Below are positions 16,027 through 26,048 of a stretch of DNA of 64,000 nucleotides, in pieces (positions within the stretch are counted from its first letter, which is position 1; each line of letters begins with the position of its first letter). The translations under genes and the position numbers were made by a program. The DNA is from a virus. The stretch lies in IMG/VR virus record IMGVR_UViG_3300031372_000005, positions 15,545 to 79,544 of that record. The stretch is one strand, 5' to 3'. Below the pieces are notes generated by a model. That model saw nothing but the letters and a program-made list of their open reading frames with translations. It was not told where the DNA came from and ran no database searches.

Positions 16027-16503
16027 TTGAGTTACACAAATAATCCCGCAACAAATGCAATTGACAGAGTTCGTCTTTTAGTGGGTGATGTATTCTCAGA
16101 CTTTGAGATACTTGATGACAACACTTACCAATATTTTATAGATAAATATGATGGTGACGAAATGCTAGCGGCTATTGCTGCTGCAAAAGTCATTAAGTTC
16201 CAGATTGCTAAAACCCCCACTAGAGAAAAAGCAGGTCACTACGAAGTTTGGAGTGACTTTGCAACTCTATATGCAGCCGCTCTTGATGATCTAATTGATA
16301 AGGGCGAGACATCCCTTTATGTGGGTATGCCATATGCTGGAGGCATTTCAAGGCGTGATATGCTGGTAAACAACAGCAACCCAAATGTTGTTAGGTTGTG
16401 CCTTCCAAGGATTAGTAATTGTCCTTATGACCATTTTCTCTGGAATAATGAATCTTACGATTTCTATGTTGACGGTGGATTCAATAGGGGTCAGTGGTTA
16501 TGA
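16027..16503 (+). CDS. head-tail adaptor
   Basis: IDRVRLLVGD...LDDNTYQYF and YAGGIS pattern; position. Confidence 0.65.
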   Translation: MSYTNNPATNAIDRVRLLVGDVFSDFEILDDNTYQYFIDKYDGDEMLAAIAAAKVIKFQIAKTPTREKAGHYEVWSDFATLYAAALDDLIDKGETSLYVGMPYAGGISRRDMLVNNSNPNVVRLCLPRISNCPYDHFLWNNESYDFYVDGGFNRGQWL

Positions 16504-16868
16504 CCATAGCTCAGTTTTCTCTTGTAAAGAAAGTCCCTGTTGCAATTCTTCGTCATTCTGAAGGAGAGTTTGTGGATGGGGATTGGGTAGAGGGTGCGGA
16601 ACGGCAAGTAATTATCCAAGCTAATATCCACCCTTTCTCAGATTACCAAGTTAGCATTCTTCCTGAATCAGATAGAACACGAAGCTGGGTTTGGCTATTT
16701 ACATCCAGTCTTATCAGACAGAAGAAAGAAGGTGCTCAAGGACATGGAGCAGATAGATTTGAGTGGGATGGTGATTTGTACGAAGTGATGAAGGTACAAA
16801 ATTATCGAATGGGTGTAGTCGATCATCGCGAAGCGAAGTGTGCCCGCATAGAGTTAACCCCAAACTAA
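16500..16868 (+). CDS. head closure/stopper protein
   Basis: GEFVDGDWVEG...ADRFEWDGDLYEV; position in neck module. Confidence 0.6.
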   Translation: MTIAQFSLVKKVPVAILRHSEGEFVDGDWVEGAERQVIIQANIHPFSDYQVSILPESDRTRSWVWLFTSSLIRQKKEGAQGHGADRFEWDGDLYEVMKVQNYRMGVVDHREAKCARIELTPN

Positions 16869-16879
16869 GGAATCTTATC

Positions 16880-17362
16880 ATGTCTTTTAAGCTTCATGTT
16901 GATAAGAGTGTTTGGAATAACTTGAGAAAGGAATTACTCAAAGGGTCTTCTACAGAGCTTCAGGTTGGTATTGTAAACCCTGTAAATTATGGTCCTGATA
17001 ACGATAATCTTTCAGTAGCTCAGGTCTGGCAGTGGCAAGAGGAAGGGGTTCCCTCCCAGAACATCCCAACTCGCCCAGCCATACGTGTAGGCTTTATGGC
17101 CCCTATCAAAAAAGGTTTATACGACAGCTACTTTATTGAAAGTATGCAACGTATTGCCCAAGGAAAAAGCACCTTTAAACAAGAGTACGAAAGTCTTGGT
17201 AGGGTAGCTCAAAGTGATTTGAAAGAGGCTGTGGAGAAGTGGGATACACCACCAAACGCACCTTTTACAGTAGATGAAAAAGGATTCAACAATCCTCTTA
17301 TTAACACAGGACTTCTTTATGAGTCTATTGATTATAAAGTAGCCAAAAGAGGGGATGTTTAA
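16880..17362 (+). CDS. neck/tail completion protein
   Basis: IPTRPAIR...PPNAPFT...KGFNNPLINTGLL motifs. Confidence 0.7.
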   Translation: MSFKLHVDKSVWNNLRKELLKGSSTELQVGIVNPVNYGPDNDNLSVAQVWQWQEEGVPSQNIPTRPAIRVGFMAPIKKGLYDSYFIESMQRIAQGKSTFKQEYESLGRVAQSDLKEAVEKWDTPPNAPFTVDEKGFNNPLINTGLLYESIDYKVAKRGDV

Positions 17363-17902
17363 TTGAGTCTTTATTCTGATGTAAGAACAGCTATCCGCAA
17401 AGTCTGTTTAACAGCTTTGTCCGAGTACACAAAACCTCAAGTGATTTTTAGTCACGGCAATGGTACAGAACCTGCTGAAAGCTACGCCGTAATAAACATC
17501 TTAAGTATTGAACAGCAAGGCCATCACAGCACATCAACACTGACTAAAGAAACAGAACAAACATTGAGCATACAAGTTCCATATGAGGTGTTTGTTCAAG
17601 TAAGTTTTGTTGGAAGTCTTAGTGGTGAGATGAGTCAAAGTTTTTCCCAAAGAATTAACAACAATTTTAAAGTATTTGAAGACCTTTCAAGAAACAAGCT
17701 TGGCGTGATGCGAAAGAGTCAAATACGAAGAGCACCACAAAAACGTGATACGAAGTGGGTTGAATATCATAATATTGATGTCACATTCTCGTATACAGGT
17801 TTGACAAGAGACTCTGTTGATCTGATCGAAGCCGTTGTGGTGGAGAACGTTGCAGCAGATAACACCTTTAGAGTGCCGGAAGGCCCTATTCCAAATTTCT
17901 AA
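17363..17902 (+). CDS. tail terminator/neck protein
   Basis: Position before sheath; 179 aa. Confidence 0.55.
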   Translation: MSLYSDVRTAIRKVCLTALSEYTKPQVIFSHGNGTEPAESYAVINILSIEQQGHHSTSTLTKETEQTLSIQVPYEVFVQVSFVGSLSGEMSQSFSQRINNNFKVFEDLSRNKLGVMRKSQIRRAPQKRDTKWVEYHNIDVTFSYTGLTRDSVDLIEAVVVENVAADNTFRVPEGPIPNF

Positions 17903-17914
17903 CAGAGGTAGTAT

Positions 17915-18703
17915 ATGGAAGAAATACACTATCTCTATAAGATAACAAATAAAGTGAACGGCAAGCTTTATATTGGGATGACAAAAGACTGTACGTTAAG
18001 AAAAAGACAGCACTTAACTAAGACTACCACAAGCAGTTTAGTTTGTAGGGCCGTGAAAAAATATGGAAAGGAAAACTTCTCTTTTGATATTTTATGTGTA
18101 GGCCCTAAAGACTACATTGCTGATCTAGAAATAAAAGCAATCCAAGCTTATGAAAGTAATGCTGTTTCAGGCTATGGTTATAATTTAGCAGAAGGCGGTA
18201 TTGGTGGTACTAGGCCAGTTAGATCTAAAGTTAAATACAGGAAAGATGATAATCCTAAGTTTGTAGCAGGCTTTTGGTTCCCTAATAAAAGGGTTGCGCT
18301 TACTTCTTTAAATTGGACATTAAGTAAATACAGATATAGAGAGAAAAACAAAACCCTCTCAAATTTAGTTTTGAATTCCTATGAAGGTCTTTATAAAAAC
18401 AAACTTCTTGATGAACCTTGTTACTACAGGGGTTTTTGGTTTCCTAGTATATCTAAAGCTTGTTCGCTATATAATATTCATATGGAAAGCTTGAGAAAAG
18501 ATATAAAAATGCGTAGGTTTGAAGAAAGCCTTGCAATTCAAAACTTTTCTGTTGTTCGAAGGTATCTAGTACACGGTAGCGTGTATAAAAGTCTTAAAGA
18601 AGCTTCAGATTCCTTAGGAATTTCTGAGATTGCTTTGAGAGGAAGATACACCCGCAAGAAAGATCCAGTTAACTATACCTACACTTATATAAAAGAGACC
18701 TGA
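17915..18703 (+). CDS. GIY-YIG homing endonuclease
   Basis: YLYKITNKVNGKLYIGMT...RKRQH...YGKENFSF...GYN; repeated GFWFP modules. Confidence 0.85.
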   Translation: MEEIHYLYKITNKVNGKLYIGMTKDCTLRKRQHLTKTTTSSLVCRAVKKYGKENFSFDILCVGPKDYIADLEIKAIQAYESNAVSGYGYNLAEGGIGGTRPVRSKVKYRKDDNPKFVAGFWFPNKRVALTSLNWTLSKYRYREKNKTLSNLVLNSYEGLYKNKLLDEPCYYRGFWFPSISKACSLYNIHMESLRKDIKMRRFEESLAIQNFSVVRRYLVHGSVYKSLKEASDSLGISEIALRGRYTRKKDPVNYTYTYIKET

Positions 18704-18706
18704 AAA

Positions 18707-19993
18707 ATGGCAGAAATCGACTCAATTGTACAAATCACTTTGACGCGGGAATCAACTGCCGTAGCAGTTGCCTCGTTCCAGATCCCCTTGATTCTTGCAG
18801 CATTTACTAACTTCTCTGAACGTACTCGCACCTACACTGATATGGATGCTGTTGCATCTGATTTTGATTCAAGTGATAGTGTTTACGTCATGGCTCAAAA
18901 GCTGTTTGGTCAATCAACTGTTGGTGCTGTTCCTCCAAGCATTGTAGTTGGTCGTCGTCAAGTGGCATCTGCTACCATTACTCCAACTGTTTCAAATAAC
19001 ACCACCTACACCGTCACTGTAAATGGTGTGGCTCATTCCTACACATCTGATGCCTCAGCCACTGCTGAAGAAATCGTAGATGGTTTGATTGCATCTATTG
19101 GCACTGTTGATGGTGTGACTATTACTGATGCTGTAGGCACCTTCACTGTAGGCTCAACCAATCCTCTGGCAGCTTGGAGTGTAAATACTTCAGCTAATCT
19201 GACCAAGGTTGATGCAGCTTCCACAGAGGCTTGGGCTGATGCTTTAGACGCTGTTCGTGAAGACAATGATACTTGGTATGCCCTGACTGCTGAAACCCAC
19301 ACACAAGCTGACGTAGTGGCTCTGAGCGATGCTATCGGTGCCCTGCGTAAGATTTATGGCACTTCTTCACAAGATCCTGCTGTAATCACCACTGGTACTA
19401 CCGATGTAGCTGCTGTGCTGAGTGCTAAGTCTGCCGGTCGTACTTTTGGTGTGTATCTTCCAACTGCTGACACTGAATATCCTGAAGCTGCATGGATTGG
19501 TAGCCAGCTTGCTTACACTCCAGGCTCAAATGACTGGGACTTCAAGCGTGCATCTGGGGTAACTGTAGGTAAGGTCAACGACACCGCTCGTGTGAATCTT
19601 CGTGCTAAAGACATGAACATGTACACTTCTGTTGGTGGTGTGAATGTGTTCCAAGATGGTAACATGTTTGATGGTACGCCGATTGACCAAGTGATTGGGG
19701 AGGACTGGCTTTATGCCCGCCTGCAAGAGCAAATTTATTTCCGCCTAATTAATACTCTTAAAGTTCCAATGACCAATCAAGGTCTTGTTATTATTGAGAA
19801 TGAAATCCGCAGCGTCCTTTCACAAGCACAGGCTAATGGTCTGATTGATCGGGGATGGAGCGTTGTGGTCCCGGATATTTTGGACGTACCCGTCACTCTA
19901 AGGGCAGCCCGAACTGCTGGTGTTTTCCAATTCCGTGTGCGGTTGGCAGGCTCCGTAAGACGCGTAATCATCAACGGGTTTTTGAGTGTGTAG
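18707..19993 (+). CDS. tail sheath protein (DUF3383-like)
   Basis: 428 aa; W-D-F-K...GVT and DWLYARLQEQI motifs; strong codon bias. Confidence 0.85.
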   Translation: MAEIDSIVQITLTRESTAVAVASFQIPLILAAFTNFSERTRTYTDMDAVASDFDSSDSVYVMAQKLFGQSTVGAVPPSIVVGRRQVASATITPTVSNNTTYTVTVNGVAHSYTSDASATAEEIVDGLIASIGTVDGVTITDAVGTFTVGSTNPLAAWSVNTSANLTKVDAASTEAWADALDAVREDNDTWYALTAETHTQADVVALSDAIGALRKIYGTSSQDPAVITTGTTDVAAVLSAKSAGRTFGVYLPTADTEYPEAAWIGSQLAYTPGSNDWDFKRASGVTVGKVNDTARVNLRAKDMNMYTSVGGVNVFQDGNMFDGTPIDQVIGEDWLYARLQEQIYFRLINTLKVPMTNQGLVIIENEIRSVLSQAQANGLIDRGWSVVVPDILDVPVTLRAARTAGVFQFRVRLAGSVRRVIINGFLSV

Positions 19994-20006
19994 GACGGAA
20001 TAATAG

Positions 20007-20062
20007 TTGTATAGCAAACCCCTTTGTGTTAGAATCATTGCCTAACTTAAAAAGGGGTTTGT
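20007..20062 (+). promoter_or_regulatory. promoter nested in RBS-sequestering hairpin
   Basis: TTGTAT-N17-TAGAAT with extended TG; CAAACCCCTTT (20015-25) pairs with AAAGGGGTTTG (20052-62). Confidence 0.65.
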
Positions 20063-20065
20063 AAA

Positions 20066-20944
20066 ATGTTTTATCTTTATAAAATAGTTAATAGCAAGAA
20101 TGACAAAGTTTACGTAGGTGTTACTTCTCGACCTAAACTTAGATTTAAAGAGCATATGTCAAAAAGCTCTTCTTGCACAAAGTTGCGTCGTGCTATATCT
20201 AAATACGGAAAAGAAAACTTTCGAATGGAAATTCTCTGCCTTGGAGAAGAGCAGTATATCCTTGATTTAGAACCAAAGGCTATTCACCTTTATGATTCTG
20301 TGAAGAATGGCTATAATCTAATGGATAAACACCCCAATGAAAACTTTATCGTTCATAGCCAAGAATCTAGAGCTAATATCTCTAAGGCCCTGAATAACTA
20401 CTACGCTAATAATACAAGTAAGAACCTAGGTGCTACAAGAGTATCTAAACATGACACCCCTACTTATATATCTGGATTTTGGTTCCCTGCTGTAAGGTTC
20501 GCTTTACCACTGCTGCGCATGAATGTAAAAACATTTTATAAACGTATAAAAGATAATACATTAGGCGAAGTTTTTATACCCTCGGGAAAAATTAAATATT
20601 TTAACCCTGTTTATGTGTTTGGATTTTGGTTCGATTCCAGTCTAACAGCTTCAGACAAGACAGGTAGGAAGCTTGAAGATATTCAACACAGAGTCAGAGT
20701 TGGGGATGTGGAACAAGAGCTTAAATTTGTCGGCTCAAAACCACGGACTAAACAAAAAGGTATTAACTTTGGTGTAAACCAGCGGGAAAACGGGAATTTC
20801 AGATCTGTGTTTTATCACAATAAAGTTAAAGTTTTTGATAAAACATTCAAAAGTTTACAAGAAGCTCTGAGTGCTTATGATGACTGCTATGAAGAAATTT
20901 ATAACTCTCGTCCAAATAAAACAGTAAAGGGAGTGATCCCATAA
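20066..20944 (+). CDS. GIY-YIG homing endonuclease with C-terminal AP2-like domain
   Basis: YLYKIVNSKNDKVYVGVT...RFKEH...GYN; C-terminal GVNQRENGNF...FKSLQEALSAYD. Confidence 0.85.
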   Translation: MFYLYKIVNSKNDKVYVGVTSRPKLRFKEHMSKSSSCTKLRRAISKYGKENFRMEILCLGEEQYILDLEPKAIHLYDSVKNGYNLMDKHPNENFIVHSQESRANISKALNNYYANNTSKNLGATRVSKHDTPTYISGFWFPAVRFALPLLRMNVKTFYKRIKDNTLGEVFIPSGKIKYFNPVYVFGFWFDSSLTASDKTGRKLEDIQHRVRVGDVEQELKFVGSKPRTKQKGINFGVNQRENGNFRSVFYHNKVKVFDKTFKSLQEALSAYDDCYEEIYNSRPNKTVKGVIP

Positions 20945-20965
20945 TTAAAATAAGGTATACAAATT

Positions 20966-21502
20966 ATGGCAGCTGGCGATAGCCTTCTTGGCAGTTACAG
21001 TCCTGAAAGCATGGTTATTGTCTTGAGTAAGGGTGATTTTGTTCACACTATTCAAGGCTATGCCGATGGGACATTTTTAAACATTTCTCGTCTAACTCCC
21101 GCTTCTGAACTTTATGTTGGGAGTGACCTTTCCGCAGGACGGGTTAAACGTCGCAATAAAGCGTCAACTATTACAATTACGCTACATCAGTTCAGCCCAT
21201 CCAACGCTGTACTCCAAGCCCTTCAACGGGCGGATGAAGAAGATGATCGTGATGAATGGGTTTTTGCCATCACAATTAAAGATTTGTCTGGTACAGGTGT
21301 TTGGTCTAGCCGTGCTGCATTTGTAGCAACCAACCCAGATACTACTTTTTCAAACACCACTGAAACCCGTGATTGGATGATCCAAGCAATTAGCCTTAGT
21401 GCTAATATTGGCAGTAATACCTACTTCGACCCTGCTGAAGTTGCTGCCATGGCTGCTCTTGATGCTGAAGTACCTGCTCGTTGGCAGTTGGGTGCTCAGT
21501 AA
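20966..21502 (+). CDS. tail tube protein (DUF3277-like)
   Basis: YSPES...GYADGTF...TITITLHQFSPSN...IKDLSG pattern; follows sheath. Confidence 0.8.
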   Translation: MAAGDSLLGSYSPESMVIVLSKGDFVHTIQGYADGTFLNISRLTPASELYVGSDLSAGRVKRRNKASTITITLHQFSPSNAVLQALQRADEEDDRDEWVFAITIKDLSGTGVWSSRAAFVATNPDTTFSNTTETRDWMIQAISLSANIGSNTYFDPAEVAAMAALDAEVPARWQLGAQ

Positions 21503-21510
21503 GACTGAAT

Positions 21511-21538
21511 AGGGGAGGATTTTCTTCCCCTTTAATTT
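21511..21538 (+). terminator. intrinsic terminator after tube gene
   Basis: AGGGGAGG-ATTT-TCTTCCCCT-TTAATTT. Confidence 0.6.
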
Positions 21539-21549
21539 GAGGAATATGT

Positions 21550-22047
21550 ATGGAATTAGCAAATTATATTCCTGAATCAGTTAATGTTGTGGTGGCAGGG
21601 TTCCCTTTAAATGGATTTGTAACAGATACATTTATTACAGTCACCAAGGATATCTTGCCATTTACAGCAACCAGAACCCCTGATGGTACTGTAGCAAGGC
21701 TTTATAATAATGACCAAACTTATACAATCACCATTACACTTTATGGTGGTAGTGATTCAAATGATTTTCTTACAAAGCTTTGGCAATTCGATGAGATTAC
21801 TCAAAGAGGGAAGTTTGCCCTATTCATTAAAGACGGCAGTGGCAGCGATTTGTTCTTCTCTTCTACAACATGGATTGAAACTCCATCCTCTTTAATCAAA
21901 AGTAATAATTTTGAGCCTAAGACTTGGGTGCTTCGATCATCACAAGCTGTTATCAACATTGGTGGTAACGGTGATGCTTCATCTATCCTCAGAGACTTGG
22001 TGAATATTGCAACATCCTCTCTACCTATTCTAGAAGGTATTATTTAA
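21550..22047 (+). CDS. tail tube paralog / tube initiator
   Basis: Shares Y-x-P, TITITL, S-x-SN and KD-x-SG motifs with the tube protein. Confidence 0.65.
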   Translation: MELANYIPESVNVVVAGFPLNGFVTDTFITVTKDILPFTATRTPDGTVARLYNNDQTYTITITLYGGSDSNDFLTKLWQFDEITQRGKFALFIKDGSGSDLFFSSTTWIETPSSLIKSNNFEPKTWVLRSSQAVINIGGNGDASSILRDLVNIATSSLPILEGII

Positions 22048-22547
22048 TGTCTAATACCTTTACAGTGAATACCTATAGCCCAAGTGATGTCACCTTGATT
22101 GTTGGTGGCTATCAGATTAGTGGCTGGCAAAGTATAAGCATTAGACGGACAATCAAAACGTATGCAACTGTTCGTGGTATTCGAGGTAAGCATACTCGCG
22201 TAAACTCTCGCGATAGCTCTGCAAGTTTGATTGTACCAATCCTTATGACCAGTCAAAGTAATGAAGTTCTTTCTGCTATACATACTGAAGATTCAATTCA
22301 GGATACGGGAAGACTTACCATTACACTTAAAGACAAGTCTGGTAAAAGCGTATTCTCATCTAATGAGGCATACATTACAGGATTTCCAAGTGTAGTTTTT
22401 TCAGGTCAGTTTGAATACAGAGCTTGGGAGATATTCTGTCAGACTACTGATTCATTCTCAATGGCTGGTAACAGCAGACCTTCTACATCCATCTTTGATG
22501 GTGCCTTGAACGAAGCTACAAGTTTTGTTAAAGGATTGTTTAACTAG
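22047..22547 (+). CDS. tail tube paralog / tube initiator
   Basis: YSPSDV...SQSNEVL...LKDKSG...SS motifs shared with the two preceding ORFs. Confidence 0.65.
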   Translation: MSNTFTVNTYSPSDVTLIVGGYQISGWQSISIRRTIKTYATVRGIRGKHTRVNSRDSSASLIVPILMTSQSNEVLSAIHTEDSIQDTGRLTITLKDKSGKSVFSSNEAYITGFPSVVFSGQFEYRAWEIFCQTTDSFSMAGNSRPSTSIFDGALNEATSFVKGLFN

Positions 22548-22566
22548 TTAATTTCTGAGAAAATAA

Positions 22567-22881
22567 ATGGCAAATTTAATCTCTACCCCGCAAGAAATTG
22601 TCACCGTTGATGGTGAAGAATATTTGATTACAGCAATGCCTGCAACCAAAGGCCTGATGTTCATGGAAAAGAATCAGGCAGCTATTGATTCTGGTAAAAG
22701 TGATCTAGCTCTAATGAAGCAGACCATTTGTCAATGGGCTACCAAAGATAATATGGTGATTGATGAGAAGAAGTTTGATATCCTTTTTGCTCGTAAATAT
22801 GGTCACTTGATGAATGTTTACAATGCAATTCTTAACTATAACTTTGCTGAAGTTTTTCAGGAAGCCGGTTCAGAAGAGTAA
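22567..22881 (+). CDS. tail assembly chaperone (G)
   Basis: Position upstream of tape measure; 104 aa. Confidence 0.7.
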   Translation: MANLISTPQEIVTVDGEEYLITAMPATKGLMFMEKNQAAIDSGKSDLALMKQTICQWATKDNMVIDEKKFDILFARKYGHLMNVYNAILNYNFAEVFQEAGSEE

Positions 22882-23117
22882 GAAGCCAGTCTGAGTCGGT
22901 AGGAAGAACATCTATTGAGAAGAGCATTGACGAGAACTTCTCTCAAAGTTGGCTAATCTACAGAATTGCAATGCATGAAAAAGGCGGTCAGCAGCTGGCT
23001 GCTGATATGGATACAAAATATAGCACGAAGCAATTATATGACATAATTGAAAGGCTTGATGTTTATGATGAGTTTGCAAATCAAGCTAAAGAACGTTCTA
23101 AAAAGAAATCTAAATAA
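22851..23117 (+). CDS. tail assembly chaperone frameshift extension (GT), -1 frame
   Basis: -1 frame open from 22851 (after TGA 22848) to TAA 23117; encodes ...SWLIYRIAMHEKGG...LYDIIERLDVYDE...KKKSK; no own RBS/start seen. Confidence 0.6.
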   Translation, partial: SFSGSRFRRVRSQSESVGRTSIEKSIDENFSQSWLIYRIAMHEKGGQQLAADMDTKYSTKQLYDIIERLDVYDEFANQAKERSKKKSK

Positions 23118-23129
23118 AAGGACACTCCC

Positions 23130-25250
23130 TTGCAAATTGCCAATTATTTTGCCAGTATCGGCTTCGGTGTTGATGCTAAGAGTGTCCGCAAGGTTGACTC
23201 TGTTATTGATCAAATAGAAGCAAAGCTTAGAAAGCTCAGTTCGGCTAATAGACCTATTGTCTTGCAAGTTTCAAACTTTGACGTTGATCAAAAAAAGCTT
23301 AACATCGCACTGGGTAATGCTCTAGATATTGCAAGCACTCGTGCAGTTTTTCAGGTGTCAAGGTTTAACATTGATCAAACACACCTAAACGCTGCTATGA
23401 TCACAGCGATGGGTACAGCAGCCCGTACAGCCTCTCAGGTGACTACATTACGACCTAATGTTAAGGCGGAGGGTCGATCTTTACCGTATTCAGAAAGAGA
23501 GTCTGTAAGACGTTCTGCAAGAAGTGGTGGGATGATAGGTGGAGGTCTTTCAAGACTGTATGCGCCTGCCATTGCATTAGGTTTGGGTGGTTACGGCCTT
23601 GGTGCTTTAAACCAACGTAACCAGCAAGTAGTGAGTGCTCAGCTTCAGTCACAGGCTGTAGTACAACAAGCTGGCGGCACTGCTGAACAAGGTGCAGACT
23701 CTTTTCAATACCTAAGACAGCAATCAAATAGGATTGGTTTTAACTACCTTGATGCATCTGGTGATTACAATAAGCTCTTGTCAGGTCTTACAGGATCGGG
23801 AGTAAGTCTGCAAGAAAGCCAAAAGGTTTTCACAGGATTTGCTGAACTTGCCCGTGTAAACAAGCTTGATAAGACTACACAGAACAGATTGTTTCGAGCT
23901 TTGTCTCAGGTAGCTGGTAAAGGAAAGTTGCAGGCAGAAGAATTAACTGGCCAGATCGCGGAAGCACTACCTGGTGGTACAGCACTTTTTGCCCAAGCAT
24001 ATCAAAGACAAATTGGTGGAAGTAAGACAGGTCAGGAAGCTATACAAGCCTTATTAGCTGACATGAAAAAAGGTAAGGTGACTAGCGAGATTCTTACTTA
24101 TGCAGGTGCTGCTGCTTCAGACAGAGCTAATGCTGGTGGTGCTTTATCTTCAGCGTCCACTGCCTCTCAAGCTGAACAAGCTCGCTATCAGAACTCAGTA
24201 AACGATTTAGCTGTAGTCGCATCCAATGCAGGTGTTGAAGAAGGCTTTGCCCGTATTTTTCGTACATTGAATGCTGGACTTTCAGAATCCAACAGCTTAG
24301 TGGAATACCTTTCAGAAGGATTCAACAACGCTACAAAATGGGCTGACGATTTAGCTCTTTGGCCACAATCATTTATTCGTGCTCTTGAAGGTAAAGACAG
24401 TCTGGTTGGTGATTGGCTTGGTGTTGGTAAAACTGAGCAGTTAAAGAAAGATTGGGCGGATGTTAAAGTTCTTTGGGAACAGATTAGCCAGATAAAGCCT
24501 ACTGACTTGTTTGGTGATTTTCTTCCAACCCTGCAAGCTACAACCCGTGAAATGGCTGCTATTCTAAACACCCTTGCAGAGTTTAGGAAGTGGAAAGACG
24601 GAAAAGGAACCACTGAAGAGTCCACGGACGTTTCAACACCATGGGCTGCGTTCAAAAGCTTTGTTAGTAACACAGGGTTGAATATTGATAAAGCACAAAA
24701 GAGGGGGGAAGCTGTTTACGGAAATCCCAACTCTCCTTACTTTAAAGATCCTGAAGGTTACGACAGAGACATGGCCCAGGGTAATAATCCTTATGATCCT
24801 GTCAACCAGCAGAACCAGCTTCAAGATAGTTGGAAAGCTGCTGAGGATTGGGACAACCCGCAAGCTATTAAAACAAGTGTTATTCCAAAGCTTTCTTTTG
24901 ACAAAGTATTGAACCTTAAAGATCAATATTCTGCACTTACTCCTACGAGTGCTTTAGGTGTTTTTGATAATCCTAATTGGATCAACCCTTACGAGGATCT
25001 TTCAGAGTATGCTCCTAAGACTCCTAAAGAGCAAGAAGAGTGGAATAAAGAAGCTGCAATGGCTGCTGCTCAAAATTCTGAGACAAACAACACGCAGAAC
25101 AATGAGTTTAACATAGAAATTAATGTTGATGCTGCCACATTAGGTAATCTTGATCTTGAAAGCCAAGCGCAAGCAATGGCTGAAGCTTTCAGTAGCCAGC
25201 TTGGTACAATGTTCGAACAAGTGCAAGTTAACTTTCCCACCAAAGAGTAA
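23130..25250 (+). CDS. tape measure protein
   Basis: 706 aa, Ala/Gly-rich helical; ALSQVAGKGKLQAEELTGQIAEALPG tape-measure motif. Confidence 0.88.
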   Translation: MQIANYFASIGFGVDAKSVRKVDSVIDQIEAKLRKLSSANRPIVLQVSNFDVDQKKLNIALGNALDIASTRAVFQVSRFNIDQTHLNAAMITAMGTAARTASQVTTLRPNVKAEGRSLPYSERESVRRSARSGGMIGGGLSRLYAPAIALGLGGYGLGALNQRNQQVVSAQLQSQAVVQQAGGTAEQGADSFQYLRQQSNRIGFNYLDASGDYNKLLSGLTGSGVSLQESQKVFTGFAELARVNKLDKTTQNRLFRALSQVAGKGKLQAEELTGQIAEALPGGTALFAQAYQRQIGGSKTGQEAIQALLADMKKGKVTSEILTYAGAAASDRANAGGALSSASTASQAEQARYQNSVNDLAVVASNAGVEEGFARIFRTLNAGLSESNSLVEYLSEGFNNATKWADDLALWPQSFIRALEGKDSLVGDWLGVGKTEQLKKDWADVKVLWEQISQIKPTDLFGDFLPTLQATTREMAAILNTLAEFRKWKDGKGTTEESTDVSTPWAAFKSFVSNTGLNIDKAQKRGEAVYGNPNSPYFKDPEGYDRDMAQGNNPYDPVNQQNQLQDSWKAAEDWDNPQAIKTSVIPKLSFDKVLNLKDQYSALTPTSALGVFDNPNWINPYEDLSEYAPKTPKEQEEWNKEAAMAAAQNSETNNTQNNEFNIEINVDAATLGNLDLESQAQAMAEAFSSQLGTMFEQVQVNFPTKE

Positions 25251-25262
25251 GGAATCTACAAT

Positions 25263-26048
25263 ATGTCTCTTGCTATTCGCTGGGGTGATGATACAGAGGA
25301 AGGTGGTGGCTTCATCTTTTTTGATGCTGTCACAGCCTACACAAGAAGTGATCGTGGTCAGGTAACAAAACATCCTATTGCTTTAGGGTCAACAGTCACT
25401 GACCACTTTATTAAAAGCAATCCTACCATTACTTTATCAGCAGTGATATCAGGCGCTGATATCTCAACCAACACTTATTTGGTTCAAGATAGTTTAGGAT
25501 ACACCCCTTACAACAGCCAGCAACCACCTACAGCAGTTTCTGTTAATTCAAGTGATTTGAGTGTACTGCAAAAGTTTTTACCAGACAGCATAGGTCAGTT
25601 TCTTCCTGATTCATCACCAGATATTTCCATGGATGTGGCTCGTGATGATCTTATGGAAAATATTAGAGAGTCGCTTGTTAACCTCAACTCTGGTGTAAAA
25701 TATAACGAGAAGACTTCCCAGTTTGATCCAAATATTGAACTGGTACGGTTGTTTGAATATGATAACATTTCTTTGCGAAAAATTATCAACAACCTTGTAG
25801 TTACAAATATATCTTTTAAAGAAACTCCTGATGGCGGTTATGGTTTGTATTTTGATATGACGCTAGAGCAGGTCAGCTTTGCGTTGTTGAAGAAAACGGT
25901 TATTCCTAAAGATGTGGTTAGCAGTCTTAAAAAGAAAGCAGCTACTAAAGCAGACAAGGGTAAAGTTGATAGTACACCACAGGTTGATGGATCATCTGAT
26001 TCTTCACCTAAAGATACTGACCCACTAAGGGAGGCTCGTGCTAACTAA
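25263..26048 (+). CDS. baseplate/distal tail protein
   Basis: VTKHPIALGSTVTDH motif; follows tape measure. Confidence 0.65.
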   Translation: MSLAIRWGDDTEEGGGFIFFDAVTAYTRSDRGQVTKHPIALGSTVTDHFIKSNPTITLSAVISGADISTNTYLVQDSLGYTPYNSQQPPTAVSVNSSDLSVLQKFLPDSIGQFLPDSSPDISMDVARDDLMENIRESLVNLNSGVKYNEKTSQFDPNIELVRLFEYDNISLRKIINNLVVTNISFKETPDGGYGLYFDMTLEQVSFALLKKTVIPKDVVSSLKKKAATKADKGKVDSTPQVDGSSDSSPKDTDPLREARAN

